Shown: piece by piece, positions 49,228-59,080 of the stretch | How positions within the stretch are numbered: position 1 is the stretch's first letter | How the letters are laid out: every line of letters begins with the position of its first letter | Source: an uncultured Clostridia bacterium | GTDB taxonomy: Bacteria > Bacillota > Clostridia > RUG12999 | Reading direction: 5' to 3' | Length of the DNA: 64,000 nucleotides | Assembly (NCBI GenBank): GCA_946555455.1 | Contig: CAMNSU010000008.1 | Coordinates: 226-64,225 of the forward strand | The notes under the pieces: model-generated | What the model saw: only the letters and a program-made list of their open reading frames with translations | The model's database searches: none | Told to the model about the DNA's origin: nothing | Position numbers and translations under genes: made by a program

Positions 49228-49281
49228 TTTTTTCACTCCTTTGATGATACCGCTTTGAATCTCTATCTCTTTACACACTTT

Positions 49282-51816
49282 TTATCTGTATACAACGACC
49301 TGTGAAACCCCCGATCCTGACATACAAATTGCCAGATAATCACCCGGAACAATACTGCCAAACGGTTCCACACTCATTTTGTCCAATTCACTGTCATAAA
49401 CCATGACAGACGTAGACGGATTGGTTTTAAACGCCATCTCTTCCTCGGTATCAAGAAGGATTCTGCCGCTGGACGGTTCCGTTTTTTTCACAAATCCGGT
49501 CACAAGGCTTGCACCGCCATCTCTTTCATCGTCACTGGGCAGCTTTTTCACTTTTTCACCGCTGGCATCGACTACCAAAGCACAATTATCCGCCTTTCCG
49601 GTGCTGTCAAAATGCAGGCGTATCAAGTCGCCTTTCTCCAAAGACTGAAACAGTCCCATTTCTCCCTGGAAGGTAACGCCCGCATAAGTGGTGGACGCAA
49701 CATTAACAGTAGCTACCGTTTCCCCTTTCTCATTCACGGAAGTGCCGACTCCTTTCACCATATAATAGGAACCGCTGACCTCCCGAATAGATGAAACTGT
49801 TTGTTTGTGTACAATCATGTCCAGCATGTAGTAGTCATCTCTGTTATAGCCGGTAAAGGTATATGCCCAGTTGTTAAAGGAAGATGTCGCCGAACCGATT
49901 CGATAGTCGCTGTCCTCTGCCTCCTCTTCTTGAGGAATGATAAATACTGTAGTTGCTGCCGTCATATAATAGTGATTAGACCACGTTGGTCCGCTCCAGC
50001 GATAGGTATAGCGTTTTTCTCCTATCGTATTCAGCCTTGCCGGATCGATGCCGTCATAATATTCAATCGGCGTTTCCAAAACATTAATTTTCCCGTCTCC
50101 ATTCAGTCCGATGCCGATTACGCCCGGAACGGCTGCCATAACCTCCGTATTGGCTGCAGCTTCACTTCCTCTTAATCTGCCGCTTTCTCCATTCCATTTC
50201 ACCCTATCGGCAAACTCATATATCTGCCATGTACCGTCTGATAAAAATATTTTAATTTGGGATGCCGTGCCAATACCATTCTTATCATTGGCAATCTTTG
50301 TAGCATAACCATACAGTAACCCATCGTCGGACAAAGTCGTTGCAGAAACAATTTTCCCACTTGCATCCAGACGAATGGTATAAGTAGAATTCAAATTCAT
50401 CTTTCGCGCCATTGATACGTTATTTTTCACAGCAAGCAAATAAAGTTCTGAATACTCATATGTCTTATCGTCAATCACAACTGTTTTTTCTTCTTCATTA
50501 TATTCTTTTACCTTACCGCTGAACGCGTTTGTCTCTGCATTTATTTTTACCTTGCCGTTTTTATCGCTTCCTGCACGGTAAACACTGAGTACATCACCCG
50601 CCGCCAATTCTGACAGTCCTATCTCTGCACCGTTTTTGTAAACGGAAACATTTTCTTCTTTATATTCACTGAGGTCAATTTTTGCAAGCGCACCTTCAAA
50701 TTGATACTCACTATAAATCGTCTTTGCCGCCGTTGAAACTGTTGAAACAATCATTGTCTCGGCATATATCAGATTTACTAAATCATAGTTGCTATCTCCA
50801 TCATTGTCCACCAGCGCAATTTTTGTTCCTTCTCTTAAAAAATCCGCTTTACGGTAATCCGTATATAAAATATCGTTCAGCAGATATGCGGCATCAGCAG
50901 CAATCACAGCTTTTTCTGTTCTGTTACTTTCATCATTCTCATAATATTCTATTGTGCGGCAGTCATCAGAAATATTTTCTATCAACTCTCCGTCAATCAC
51001 TATTTCCTCTTTCGATAAATCTGCGACAGATACAACCGCATCATCGCCGGATTTCTCACTTCTGATATATGCCTCTACCCTATGCCCTAAAAGCGCTGCC
51101 GCATTTGGGCTTTCATCTTCATACATTATACTGTCTATAGAAACAAAGCCGTTTCTTGTACCGTTTTTATCGTAAAGACCGGTAATGCTGTTTGCTGTCA
51201 CAATTCCTTTTATGCAATAAATATTACGATAATATTCCAAAACAGGCTGCTTATTTTTTATATCAAGAACATTACCGTCACTTTGTATCGTAATCTGCGG
51301 ATGTTCTGCACCAAGAAGATTTTTCAATAGTTTCACCATCTGTGCATAGGTAACATTTCCGTTTAATTTCGCTCCGTTTAAAAGACCCTCCTGCTGTGCA
51401 ATGCCATAGTATCCATACGGATAGCCGCTTCCATCGGCAATTGCATCGTACCCAAGCACTCGCACCGCCATTGCTACAGCTTCATCAGCAGTCAAGACCT
51501 GAGAACTGTCCACAGCAGCGGCCGATCTGATAATACCCAAATTTTCTGCTTTTCTTAGAGCTTCACCGCTATATGCTATATCATATCTGTCGTTTGTCAC
51601 AAGATTCACCAGACAGTTGATAAAAGTGCTTTTATTCACTTCACCGCCCATGGTCAGCGTACCATCCTCTTGAATGCATATAATGCCAAGGCCTTGTAAA
51701 AGCAACAAGTCGGAATCTGTTTTTTCCTCGCCGCTTGTTCTATTGCCTGCTGCATATGCCGCGGCAGTTGATAATACAATCATGATAGAAATCATCAAAC
51801 ATAATAATTTTTTCAC
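49282..51816 (-). CDS. Secreted S-layer-like ~850-aa protein (paralog of 5669-8260)
   Basis: GTG start with AAGGAG RBS, signal peptide, degenerate SLH-like N-terminus, LVDNDGDSNYDLV motif, ends VVVYR. Confidence 0.7.
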   Translation of the reverse strand: MKKLLCLMISIMIVLSTAAAYAAGNRTSGEEKTDSDLLLLQGLGIICIQEDGTLTMGGEVNKSTFINCLVNLVTNDRYDIAYSGEALRKAENLGIIRSAAAVDSSQVLTADEAVAMAVRVLGYDAIADGSGYPYGYYGIAQQEGLLNGAKLNGNVTYAQMVKLLKNLLGAEHPQITIQSDGNVLDIKNKQPVLEYYRNIYCIKGIVTANSITGLYDKNGTRNGFVSIDSIMYEDESPNAAALLGHRVEAYIRSEKSGDDAVVSVADLSKEEIVIDGELIENISDDCRTIEYYENDESNRTEKAVIAADAAYLLNDILYTDYRKADFLREGTKIALVDNDGDSNYDLVNLIYAETMIVSTVSTAAKTIYSEYQFEGALAKIDLSEYKEENVSVYKNGAEIGLSELAAGDVLSVYRAGSDKNGKVKINAETNAFSGKVKEYNEEEKTVVIDDKTYEYSELYLLAVKNNVSMARKMNLNSTYTIRLDASGKIVSATTLSDDGLLYGYATKIANDKNGIGTASQIKIFLSDGTWQIYEFADRVKWNGESGRLRGSEAAANTEVMAAVPGVIGIGLNGDGKINVLETPIEYYDGIDPARLNTIGEKRYTYRWSGPTWSNHYYMTAATTVFIIPQEEEAEDSDYRIGSATSSFNNWAYTFTGYNRDDYYMLDMIVHKQTVSSIREVSGSYYMVKGVGTSVNEKGETVATVNVASTTYAGVTFQGEMGLFQSLEKGDLIRLHFDSTGKADNCALVVDASGEKVKKLPSDDERDGGASLVTGFVKKTEPSSGRILLDTEEEMAFKTNPSTSVMVYDSELDKMSVEPFGSIVPGDYLAICMSGSGVSQVVVYR

Positions 51817-51841
51817 CGGTTTATTCTCCTTTCCGCCGCAT

Positions 51842-53281
51842 CTATAGCAACCCATAAATCATTTTTGCAGCTTCTGCTCTTGTGCAGGTACCCTGCGGTC
51901 TGAAACTGCCGTCTTCCATTCCGTTAACAACGCCGCTTTCATAAAGCTTCTTTACCGCATCTGCTGCATATTCAGCTATCTGTCCTTCATCCCAAAACAC
52001 GCTATATTCTTTTTTTGTCTCAAGATTTTTACCGACATATTCCGCTGCCCTGCTAATCATAACCGCTGCATCTTGTCTGGATATTTTTAAACCAACGCCA
52101 AAAATGCTATCTGAAATTCCACTTACAATTCCCGCCGTTCTGGCCGCTCCGACATAAGAACAAAACCAGTCGTTTTTAAACACATCATTAAACGGACATG
52201 TTGCCCCCTCACTTGGAATACCATTTGCTTCCATCAACATTTTGACAAACTCTTCTCTTGTCACTGTATCATTTGGTCGAAAACGTCCGTTACCATCACC
52301 TGAAACAATGCCTTTTGCTGCAAGAGTCTCTACCGCTTCTCTTGCCCACTCTGCCTCGCCAAGGTCATAAAATCCGCCGTTCCCGCTTGGTTCGCCGTTT
52401 TCACCGACATTATCGGTTTTATTCTGTGAAGGCGCCTGTACGCCTACCACTCCGCCGCTGCCGGTTCCCCTGCCGGAACTTGTGCCTGAACCTGTCCCCT
52501 GCTGATTTCCTGTTGTTTTCAATGCTCCTGTAATTGCACTCGCAAGTGCGTTTGCAGTTGCTGCTGGATTTTTTGAAAGTGTTTGCACTAAAGCGCGTTT
52601 TTGTGTTTCTGTTGCGCCGGAAGAAAATTTTACAACGTCTGTATTCTGCGCAAGTCCCAAAAGTTCCATATATTTCCCGCACTCAGACGCAATATTGGCG
52701 GTTTTGGAATTATTAATAGTATACAATGCGGCAAAAACAGCGCAATCCTTTTGAAGCGCAACATGATCCGTATACGAAATGTTCTTCTTCACGCAATTGA
52801 TAACCCACGTTTCCATACTTTCATTTTTCACTTCCGACCACGTCTTATCAAGTATCTGAAAATCTAATTCTGTCAATGCAGCTTTCATACGGTTTTCTTC
52901 GCCGCTGTTAACCTCCGCTGTTAATAATGCTCCATTATCCGCTTCATTCAAATATTCTATCGGCTTATCTAATGTGTCGCCTGCTGTGTCTTTCATTTTC
53001 AGAACATAATTTCCGGATTTTTCCAAAGAAAAACTGACCGAAAATTTCCCATCGGCGTCAGCAGCCGCTTCACCAATAAAATATAATGTTTTATCATTTT
53101 CGCTTCCACGCACAGTGTATGTAACAATACTCCCTTTTTCGTCTGTAACCCCTTCAAACACAACTGCTGTACCGCGTCTGGTACAGTCCTGCTCTGTTAT
53201 CTGTGCATATGCCGGTACTGACAACATTGTCGTTACCATTAACAGAAAAGCTGTCCGTCTCAAAATATTTTTATATTTCAT
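51842..53281 (-). CDS. SLH-anchored surface protein (Ig-like, helical region, G-rich linker, 3 SLH)
   Basis: Signal peptide. SLH repeats FYDLGEAEWA...VTREEF, FNDV...ISRQDAA and FWDEGQIA...CTRAEAA. Confidence 0.9.
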   Translation of the reverse strand: MKYKNILRRTAFLLMVTTMLSVPAYAQITEQDCTRRGTAVVFEGVTDEKGSIVTYTVRGSENDKTLYFIGEAAADADGKFSVSFSLEKSGNYVLKMKDTAGDTLDKPIEYLNEADNGALLTAEVNSGEENRMKAALTELDFQILDKTWSEVKNESMETWVINCVKKNISYTDHVALQKDCAVFAALYTINNSKTANIASECGKYMELLGLAQNTDVVKFSSGATETQKRALVQTLSKNPAATANALASAITGALKTTGNQQGTGSGTSSGRGTGSGGVVGVQAPSQNKTDNVGENGEPSGNGGFYDLGEAEWAREAVETLAAKGIVSGDGNGRFRPNDTVTREEFVKMLMEANGIPSEGATCPFNDVFKNDWFCSYVGAARTAGIVSGISDSIFGVGLKISRQDAAVMISRAAEYVGKNLETKKEYSVFWDEGQIAEYAADAVKKLYESGVVNGMEDGSFRPQGTCTRAEAAKMIYGLL

Positions 53282-53313
53282 TCTCTTCCCTCCAATTCTG
53301 CATATTCCCGTTT

Positions 53314-54195
53314 CTATCCCTTTATACCACTCATCGTAAAGCCATTCATAATATGTTTTTGGAAAAAAACAAAGAGAATAGCCGGTGGTATGATAGAAAA
53401 TGTGATTGCAAGCAACAGCGTATTGATACCCATCTGCGTGTCCTGCTGCATAGCATATATCTTAACCATAATGGTTTGCACATTGTTGTCCTTCAAAATC
53501 ATATATGGCCAGAAAAAGTCTCCCCATGCGCCGCTGAATGCCATGATTGCTACCGTAGCAATTATTGGTTTAGATAACGGCAGTACAATCCGCGTAAACA
53601 CACTTAAATCGCCGCAGCCGTCCAGCTTTGCCGCTTCCAGCAATCCGGCGGGCAAGTCGTCAAAAAAGCTCTTAAACAGTATTACGTTGTACGCGCTTGC
53701 CCCGCACATCATCCATAACGGCCAATAGCTATTCATCAAGTTAAAGCCAAAAATCGGGAACTTGATAATATTTTTATAGACCGGCGCCATACATACGGTG
53801 GTTGGCAACATATAGGTCGATAAAATTATCGTAAATACAACCACTCCGCCTTTCACCTTCATTTTTGAAAGTGAATACCCCATTAACCCATTAATCGTAA
53901 TATTAAACAGAACACAGCCTGCACAGTATAACAATGTATTGCCGTAAAGCTTTGTAAAATCATATCTGCTGAACAATTCAGGTATTGCCTCAAAATGAAA
54001 ACTTCTCGGTAATATGGTGGGCGGAACACTGTAAAACTCATCTAAACTCTTTACCGACGATATAAGTACCCATGCGACAGGAAGAATGCAAATTGCCGCC
54101 ATAATAACAAGCAACACAATAATCGACCAATAAATCACTTTATAGGAACCTTTTTTATAATTAACGTTACTAATAATTCCCGTTCTTTCTTTCAT
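53314..54195 (-). CDS. Carbohydrate ABC transporter permease (MalG type)
   Basis: EAA motif LLEAAKLDGC, TM helices, C-terminal FQKHIMNGFTMSGIKG. Confidence 0.95.
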   Translation of the reverse strand: MKERTGIISNVNYKKGSYKVIYWSIIVLLVIMAAICILPVAWVLISSVKSLDEFYSVPPTILPRSFHFEAIPELFSRYDFTKLYGNTLLYCAGCVLFNITINGLMGYSLSKMKVKGGVVVFTIILSTYMLPTTVCMAPVYKNIIKFPIFGFNLMNSYWPLWMMCGASAYNVILFKSFFDDLPAGLLEAAKLDGCGDLSVFTRIVLPLSKPIIATVAIMAFSGAWGDFFWPYMILKDNNVQTIMVKIYAMQQDTQMGINTLLLAITFSIIPPAILFVFFQKHIMNGFTMSGIKG

Positions 54196-54206
54196 GTTTC
54201 TCCTCC

Positions 54207-55136
54207 CTATACGCTATCCTTCTTGCGCGTCACTCTAAAATAAAGAATTGAGAACCCGCAGAGGATAATTCCTGCTATCATTCCGACTGCAGATGACCGC
54301 CCCACTTGCATATAGGAAAACGCATAATTATATGCAGTCAGCATAATAGAGGTTGAGGCATTATTCGGACCGCCGCCGGTCATGGCAAGCGGCTGCTGGA
54401 ACACTTTGAAAACACCCATAATCTGCATCAGCAACAACATTTTAAGCAAACCGGAAACATGCGGTAATTGTATATGCCATATTTTACGCCAAAATGATGC
54501 CCCGTCAATCTCCGCCGCCTCATACAGCGAATGGTCAACCGATTGCAGTGACGCCAAATATATAAGCGCTGTTCCGCCAAATCCAGCCCATGCCATTGTC
54601 ACATTAATCAGCGGAATAGTCATAGTAGCATTTTGTAGCCATTGGAACGGTCCCAACCCCAGCTTTCCGAAAATCATATTTAAAAATCCGTTTGCATCGG
54701 GCTGAAAAAGAATTTTCCACATAATTGCCGTTACAATTCCCGGAATGATACACGGAAAATAGGCAGAAAATCGAAAAAACGCCTTGCCTCTCACTACCTC
54801 ATTGAGCATCATTGCAACAATCAATGGGGTAAAACCACCTATCACAATCGACCAAAAGGTATATGAGACAGAATTCCACACGGTCTTGATAAAAAGTGAA
54901 TCTGTAATAACATCTTTATAGTTTTGAAGTCCGGCAAAACGGACTGCCTCAAATCCTTTTGTTTCAAAAAAAGACAGATAGATTCCGACAATCATTGGCT
55001 GTATCACGAAAATAAGAAAGCAAATGCAACCGGGCAGCAGCATAAGCCACCCGGTTATATTGCGTTTTATCTTATCAGACATCATTGAATTATGTATTCC
55101 AATCCTGCTTTTACTAATGGAAACATCTGATTTCAT
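54207..55136 (-). CDS. Carbohydrate ABC transporter permease (MalF type)
   Basis: FAGLQNY and EAA motif LYEAAEIDGA. Start placed at 55136 by the RBS. Confidence 0.95.
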   Translation of the reverse strand: MKSDVSISKSRIGIHNSMMSDKIKRNITGWLMLLPGCICFLIFVIQPMIVGIYLSFFETKGFEAVRFAGLQNYKDVITDSLFIKTVWNSVSYTFWSIVIGGFTPLIVAMMLNEVVRGKAFFRFSAYFPCIIPGIVTAIMWKILFQPDANGFLNMIFGKLGLGPFQWLQNATMTIPLINVTMAWAGFGGTALIYLASLQSVDHSLYEAAEIDGASFWRKIWHIQLPHVSGLLKMLLLMQIMGVFKVFQQPLAMTGGGPNNASTSIMLTAYNYAFSYMQVGRSSAVGMIAGIILCGFSILYFRVTRKKDSV

Positions 55137-55155
55137 TGTATCTATACCCCCGCCG

Positions 55156-56541
55156 TTAATTATTCTTATCAAGAAAATCTCTTTGGAAGTTACTGTTTGC
55201 CTGTTTTACCAAAGCCGGGATATCCGCATTTTGATTGGTTAAAATCTCTTGTACAATAGAAGAAATCACTTGATACAACTGCTGTGCGTCTACCGGTTCC
55301 TCTGCTCTAAGAATAAGATTATCAGAATACACTGTATTCCAACGTTTTTCATCTACATTCAGATATTCTTCTTTTGCTTTTTTAATCTGTTCTACCCGCT
55401 CCGCTTCTTTAAAAATGCTGAAATCCATATTTGTAATGGCTTCATTTTTCTCATATTGCGTCTTATACCGTTCTTTTTGCCGTTCTATCGCGCTGTCGTC
55501 CAATTTTAAACCATTTCCTCTGATATCCAGCCATTTAAAAATTGCATCCATTTGTTCGGATGTTGTATCCGGTGAAACCATCCAAATATCTCCGCCAATC
55601 TGTGTGTATGCGCCTGCCGGTCCTGCAGGAACAGGCGAGTTCGAGATATTGTCCTTGCTCATACCATAAGCCGAAATCATCCCATTTGCCCAATCTGTCG
55701 GTGCATATGTACACGCTACTTGATCTGTCGCAAATAATTGCTGTACATCTTTTACTGCCAGCAGAATATTTTCCGGAAGCACATTATCCTTCCACTTCAA
55801 ATCGCTGATATATTGCATTAAATTTATCATTTCAGGACTATCAAAAGTAGCCGTCCACTTTCCATCTATCTGTTCCATAAAATCTACGCCAAACGACCAT
55901 GCCATACTCATCAGCATCCAACCACTGTTTGTTGGGAATGTAAAGCCCGCTTTACCTGTTTTTTCCTTTATTGTAATTGCCGTTTGTCTTAACTCTTCAA
56001 AATTTGTAGGATAAATCGGTTTCCCCTCTTCATCAACAAGTCCTGCTTCTTCAAACAGTTTTACATTATATATCATTCCAACAATATAAGCATTATATGG
56101 AACACCATAATATTTGCCATCTACTGTAACCAAATCCAAAACAGAATCTTTAAGTGCCGTATCAAAGCCGAATTCCTTAAATTTTTCTGAAATATCAGCC
56201 GCATAGCCCGCTTTTACGATTTTTGACACTTCAGTAAACGGCACTCGAAACATATTTGGAATTTGTCCGCTTGCAGCTGCCGGTAAAAAGGTATCCGCTG
56301 CATATTCATAGTGGTCCGGAATAATTTCAATCTCCGGATATTTTTCATTCATCGCCGCCAAATAACCTTCATAAAGTTTATAGTTGTCGGGTGAAACATC
56401 CTTTTGCGGCCAATATCCAATTTTAACGCTGACTTTACTGTCATCACCCTCCTTTTTTGATGTGCCGCAAGCCGAAATCAGGCAAGTACACATTGACATA
56501 ACCAAAACCAATGCAATGCTTTTTACGATTTTCATTTTCAT
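55156..56541 (-). CDS. ABC transporter solute-binding lipoprotein
   Basis: Lipobox LISAC and YYGVPYNAY..GMIYN motif. RBS GAAAGGA before 56541. Confidence 0.92.
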   Translation of the reverse strand: MKMKIVKSIALVLVMSMCTCLISACGTSKKEGDDSKVSVKIGYWPQKDVSPDNYKLYEGYLAAMNEKYPEIEIIPDHYEYAADTFLPAAASGQIPNMFRVPFTEVSKIVKAGYAADISEKFKEFGFDTALKDSVLDLVTVDGKYYGVPYNAYIVGMIYNVKLFEEAGLVDEEGKPIYPTNFEELRQTAITIKEKTGKAGFTFPTNSGWMLMSMAWSFGVDFMEQIDGKWTATFDSPEMINLMQYISDLKWKDNVLPENILLAVKDVQQLFATDQVACTYAPTDWANGMISAYGMSKDNISNSPVPAGPAGAYTQIGGDIWMVSPDTTSEQMDAIFKWLDIRGNGLKLDDSAIERQKERYKTQYEKNEAITNMDFSIFKEAERVEQIKKAKEEYLNVDEKRWNTVYSDNLILRAEEPVDAQQLYQVISSIVQEILTNQNADIPALVKQANSNFQRDFLDKNN

Positions 56542-57194
56542 CGTTTCCACTATCCTTTCATTGTGCAATTTGCACTTGTATAATTTGTACAATAAAATTA
56601 TACCTCACAATATCATTTATTGTATACAGGAAATTTCTCTTTACACCAGTAAATTTGCGTGGTTTCTTTGTTATAATGCGGGTTTTCATGCGATTACCGT
56701 ACCCGCTGGATATATTTTGAAATGTCAATTCCAAAGAAAAACGCGGGACAACGCCAAAGAAATTATTGCGAATTTTTTCAAAACCTTCATCCCGCCAGAG
56801 AATACGTTTTGCAGTATGCTTTCTTTAACTGCTCATCAATATATTTCATCTGTCGTGCTGTAAACTCTTGCATTATACTTTATTACGCCATGCAAGCGCT
56901 TGTCTGTTTATGTCGCTTACGGATTTTTACTTAATTCCAATCATTGTATCCATTGCTGGTAAAAAATTATTTCAGACAAAGCGCCCCCTTCTTTCAAGTT
57001 TACCTTTTGTCTATTCTCTGTATGGTCTGCACAGAACCAGTTTAAACTCGTAAAAAACCACGAAATCCTCAAACTGACAATTTAATGTGAAATTTCCTGT
57101 ATAGTTTCAAACCTTACCATTGCTTTCTCATTTGAGCGTCCTTTTTGCTCGTGTAACATCATAGCTCCTTTCTATGGCTGTACTCTCCTGTTCA

Positions 57195-57244
57195 CATAGG
57201 TTTGGGCAGAGTCCAATATTCAAGCTGTTTGTATATACAAACAG
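57195..57244. repeat. ~50-bp double-hairpin repeat, copy B
   Basis: CATAGGTTTGGGCAGAGTCCAATATTCAAGCTGTTTGTATATACAAACAG. Confidence 0.9.
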
Positions 57245-57278
57245 GAAGCTTGCCGTCACCAAAGTGACGTATCGTCCA

Positions 57279-57740
57279 CTAATTATCTGCACGATTTATA
57301 ATGTTACTGACTGTTGATTTACTCCAATGTTCCCCTGTTGCCTCAGACATCATTTTTGCTATTGTGCCAAACGAGTTCCCTGCTTTTCTATACGCTATTA
57401 TTTTTTGAATCTCTTCTGCCGTCCCACGCTTTTTTCGTCCCGCTCCAAGTGGATTTTTCATTTGTCTGCTCAACGCAGATAATTGGTTGTCCATTTGCGT
57501 AAGCGTATCATCAATCCGAACAATGTCGTCTCTAATCATCCAAAAATTTGCCCGTATCCCACCGTTATCTCGTTCATTCTTTGCTGTAAAGTCGGATTCG
57601 TCCCGTAATAATCTTTCTTCCACCCTCAACAGTCTTTGTTGCAGCTCCATATACTTATCAATCAGGGCGTTATAGGCATCGGCAATTCCAAGTTTGTCCA
57701 AAATAAAATTTATGATATATTGTTGTATCTTGTTCATCAT
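57279..57740 (-). CDS. Hypothetical coiled-coil protein with C-terminal HTH
   Basis: Heptad-rich middle section. C-terminal RKAGNSFGTIAKMM...WSKSTVSNII resembles serine-recombinase-type HTH motifs. Confidence 0.6.
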   Translation of the reverse strand: MMNKIQQYIINFILDKLGIADAYNALIDKYMELQQRLLRVEERLLRDESDFTAKNERDNGGIRANFWMIRDDIVRIDDTLTQMDNQLSALSRQMKNPLGAGRKKRGTAEEIQKIIAYRKAGNSFGTIAKMMSEATGEHWSKSTVSNIINRADN

Positions 57741-57805
57741 TGTATTTCTTCTTTCATTTTTTATTTTTTATAGTTTAGTGGATATCGTTACATTAATATT
57801 GTTAA

Positions 57806-57877
57806 GGTGAATGTGGTGCATATCCCTTATGCACCACATTCACCACCCTTATGCATCACCTGCACCAGGTATCACCA
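57806..57877. repeat. 17-bp perfect inverted repeat plus 22-bp tandem repeats (iteron/ori-like)
   Basis: GGTGAATGTGGTGCATA-tccct-TATGCACCACATTCACC. Tandem units at 57824-57845 and 57846-57867 match 19/22. Confidence 0.75.
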
Positions 57878-58154
57878 TCTCATAGAGATTACTCCGATAA
57901 TTTCCCTCCTGCGTTTTGCGGCGTTTCACTTTTACATAATTCTTTTCTTCCAACATTTTTACTGTTGCAATCGCCTTACGTTCACTGCAGCCACATTCGG
58001 CAGCAATTGTCTTATACGAAGGAAAACAACCACGGTTTTGATTTGCATGACTGCACAGTACTATATAAATCATCTTTTCATAAACAGATAGTTTTTTACT
58101 CTGAATAACAATATTTGCTATTTGGGTAAACGGTGTTGTATACTTTATTTTCAC
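57849..58154 (-). CDS. HTH_36-type winged-helix protein (replication-initiator N-terminus-like; possibly truncated)
   Basis: LSVYEKMIYIVL...CFPSYKTIAAECGCSERKAIATVKMLEEK motif. RBS GGAGG. Confidence 0.75.
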   Translation of the reverse strand: MKIKYTTPFTQIANIVIQSKKLSVYEKMIYIVLCSHANQNRGCFPSYKTIAAECGCSERKAIATVKMLEEKNYVKVKRRKTQEGNYRSNLYEMVIPGAGDA

Positions 58155-58227
58155 AGTGATTTCCTCCGTATTAATTTATTTTTAAACGATGCAGGAGCGT
58201 ACCAAAATCAATACGCTCCCCCCAACC

Positions 58228-58527
58228 TCATGCATATACTATTTCGGTTAATACAATTTCTTCTGCCATGGCTCTTGCAGATAACCTTGTCTTGAAATCT
58301 TCGTTGCCATCTTTTAGATATGCTTTTTCAAACGTCTTTATCATTTGATGCGCACGTTCATTTATATCAATCAATTCGTTTTGAATCATCAATCTGAACA
58401 GCAGTTCTTCATTGTATTCTTTCAAAAATTCAAATCTCATACGCCCGTATTTACCAAACTCCGTTTGATTGTAATTCGGAACAATTTGGGGATAAAGCAT
58501 ACCATCAATTTTAATATAGTCTATCAT
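58228..58527 (-). CDS. tnpV: TnpV-family transposon-encoded protein
   Basis: GKYGRMRFEFLKE...DINERA...ARAMAEEIVLTEIVYA pattern. Confidence 0.8.
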   Translation of the reverse strand: MIDYIKIDGMLYPQIVPNYNQTEFGKYGRMRFEFLKEYNEELLFRLMIQNELIDINERAHQMIKTFEKAYLKDGNEDFKTRLSARAMAEEIVLTEIVYA

Positions 58528-58837
58528 GATATAACACCTCTTTTCTAAAGTTCGCTATCATCTGTTGATGTACCTCGCTTTTTCTTATGATACCCCTGAA
58601 TCGTTTGCTTACCATAAAATCAATAAGACATTCTTTTGGAATCACATAGGCGTATTTTATTTTAAAAGCTTCTAAATCAAAAGTGTTAATCCACCTTTGC
58701 ACAGATGCTTTTACATAACCTGTCAACCTCATCACATTCTTGACTGTTAACAGCTCCGGTTCTGCTAAAAATAGCTTTTCATAATACGCTTTTAAGTCTA
58801 TAGAATTTTCTTCTTTAAAATACGTTTGATAACACAT
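58511..58837 (-). CDS. HTH_17 excisionase-like DNA-binding protein
   Basis: LLTVKNVMRLTGY....VQRWI.....AFKI...YVIPKECLIDFM motif. The RBS favours ATG 58837. Confidence 0.72.
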   Translation of the reverse strand: MCYQTYFKEENSIDLKAYYEKLFLAEPELLTVKNVMRLTGYVKASVQRWINTFDLEAFKIKYAYVIPKECLIDFMVSKRFRGIIRKSEVHQQMIANFRKEVLYHDRLY

Positions 58838-59080
58838 AATTTTCACCTCTTATATTTGCTATCGGCAATTTGATACACTGCAATAACATGTTTCTATTTT
58901 CTGCCCAAATTCTGCCCGATTTCCCAAAATCGTATCGTTTTTCAAAACTTGCGCAATCCCTTTATTGACCTGCAAAAAAACAAAAGCAATAGCCAAAAAC
59001 CTTTATTTTTTCAGGTTCTCAGCTACTGCTAACATCTTTTTATTTGATTCATTTTTCGATAATTACTCAGTTTGTTATAA

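Noticed and set aside
5669-53281. Classical cellulosome or sortase anchoring
   Set aside because: No duplicated dockerin Ca-binding repeats, cohesin domains or LPxTG plus TM tails were recognised.
1554-56934. The many short ORFs overlapping the long minus-strand genes (e.g. 10954..11796, 12168..12833, 35326..35979)
   Set aside because: They lie antisense or out of frame within well-supported genes and have no family motifs or RBS.
57245-59080. Complete ICE or prophage
   Set aside because: There is no integrase, relaxase, T4SS or phage structural gene in the window, only accessory remnants.
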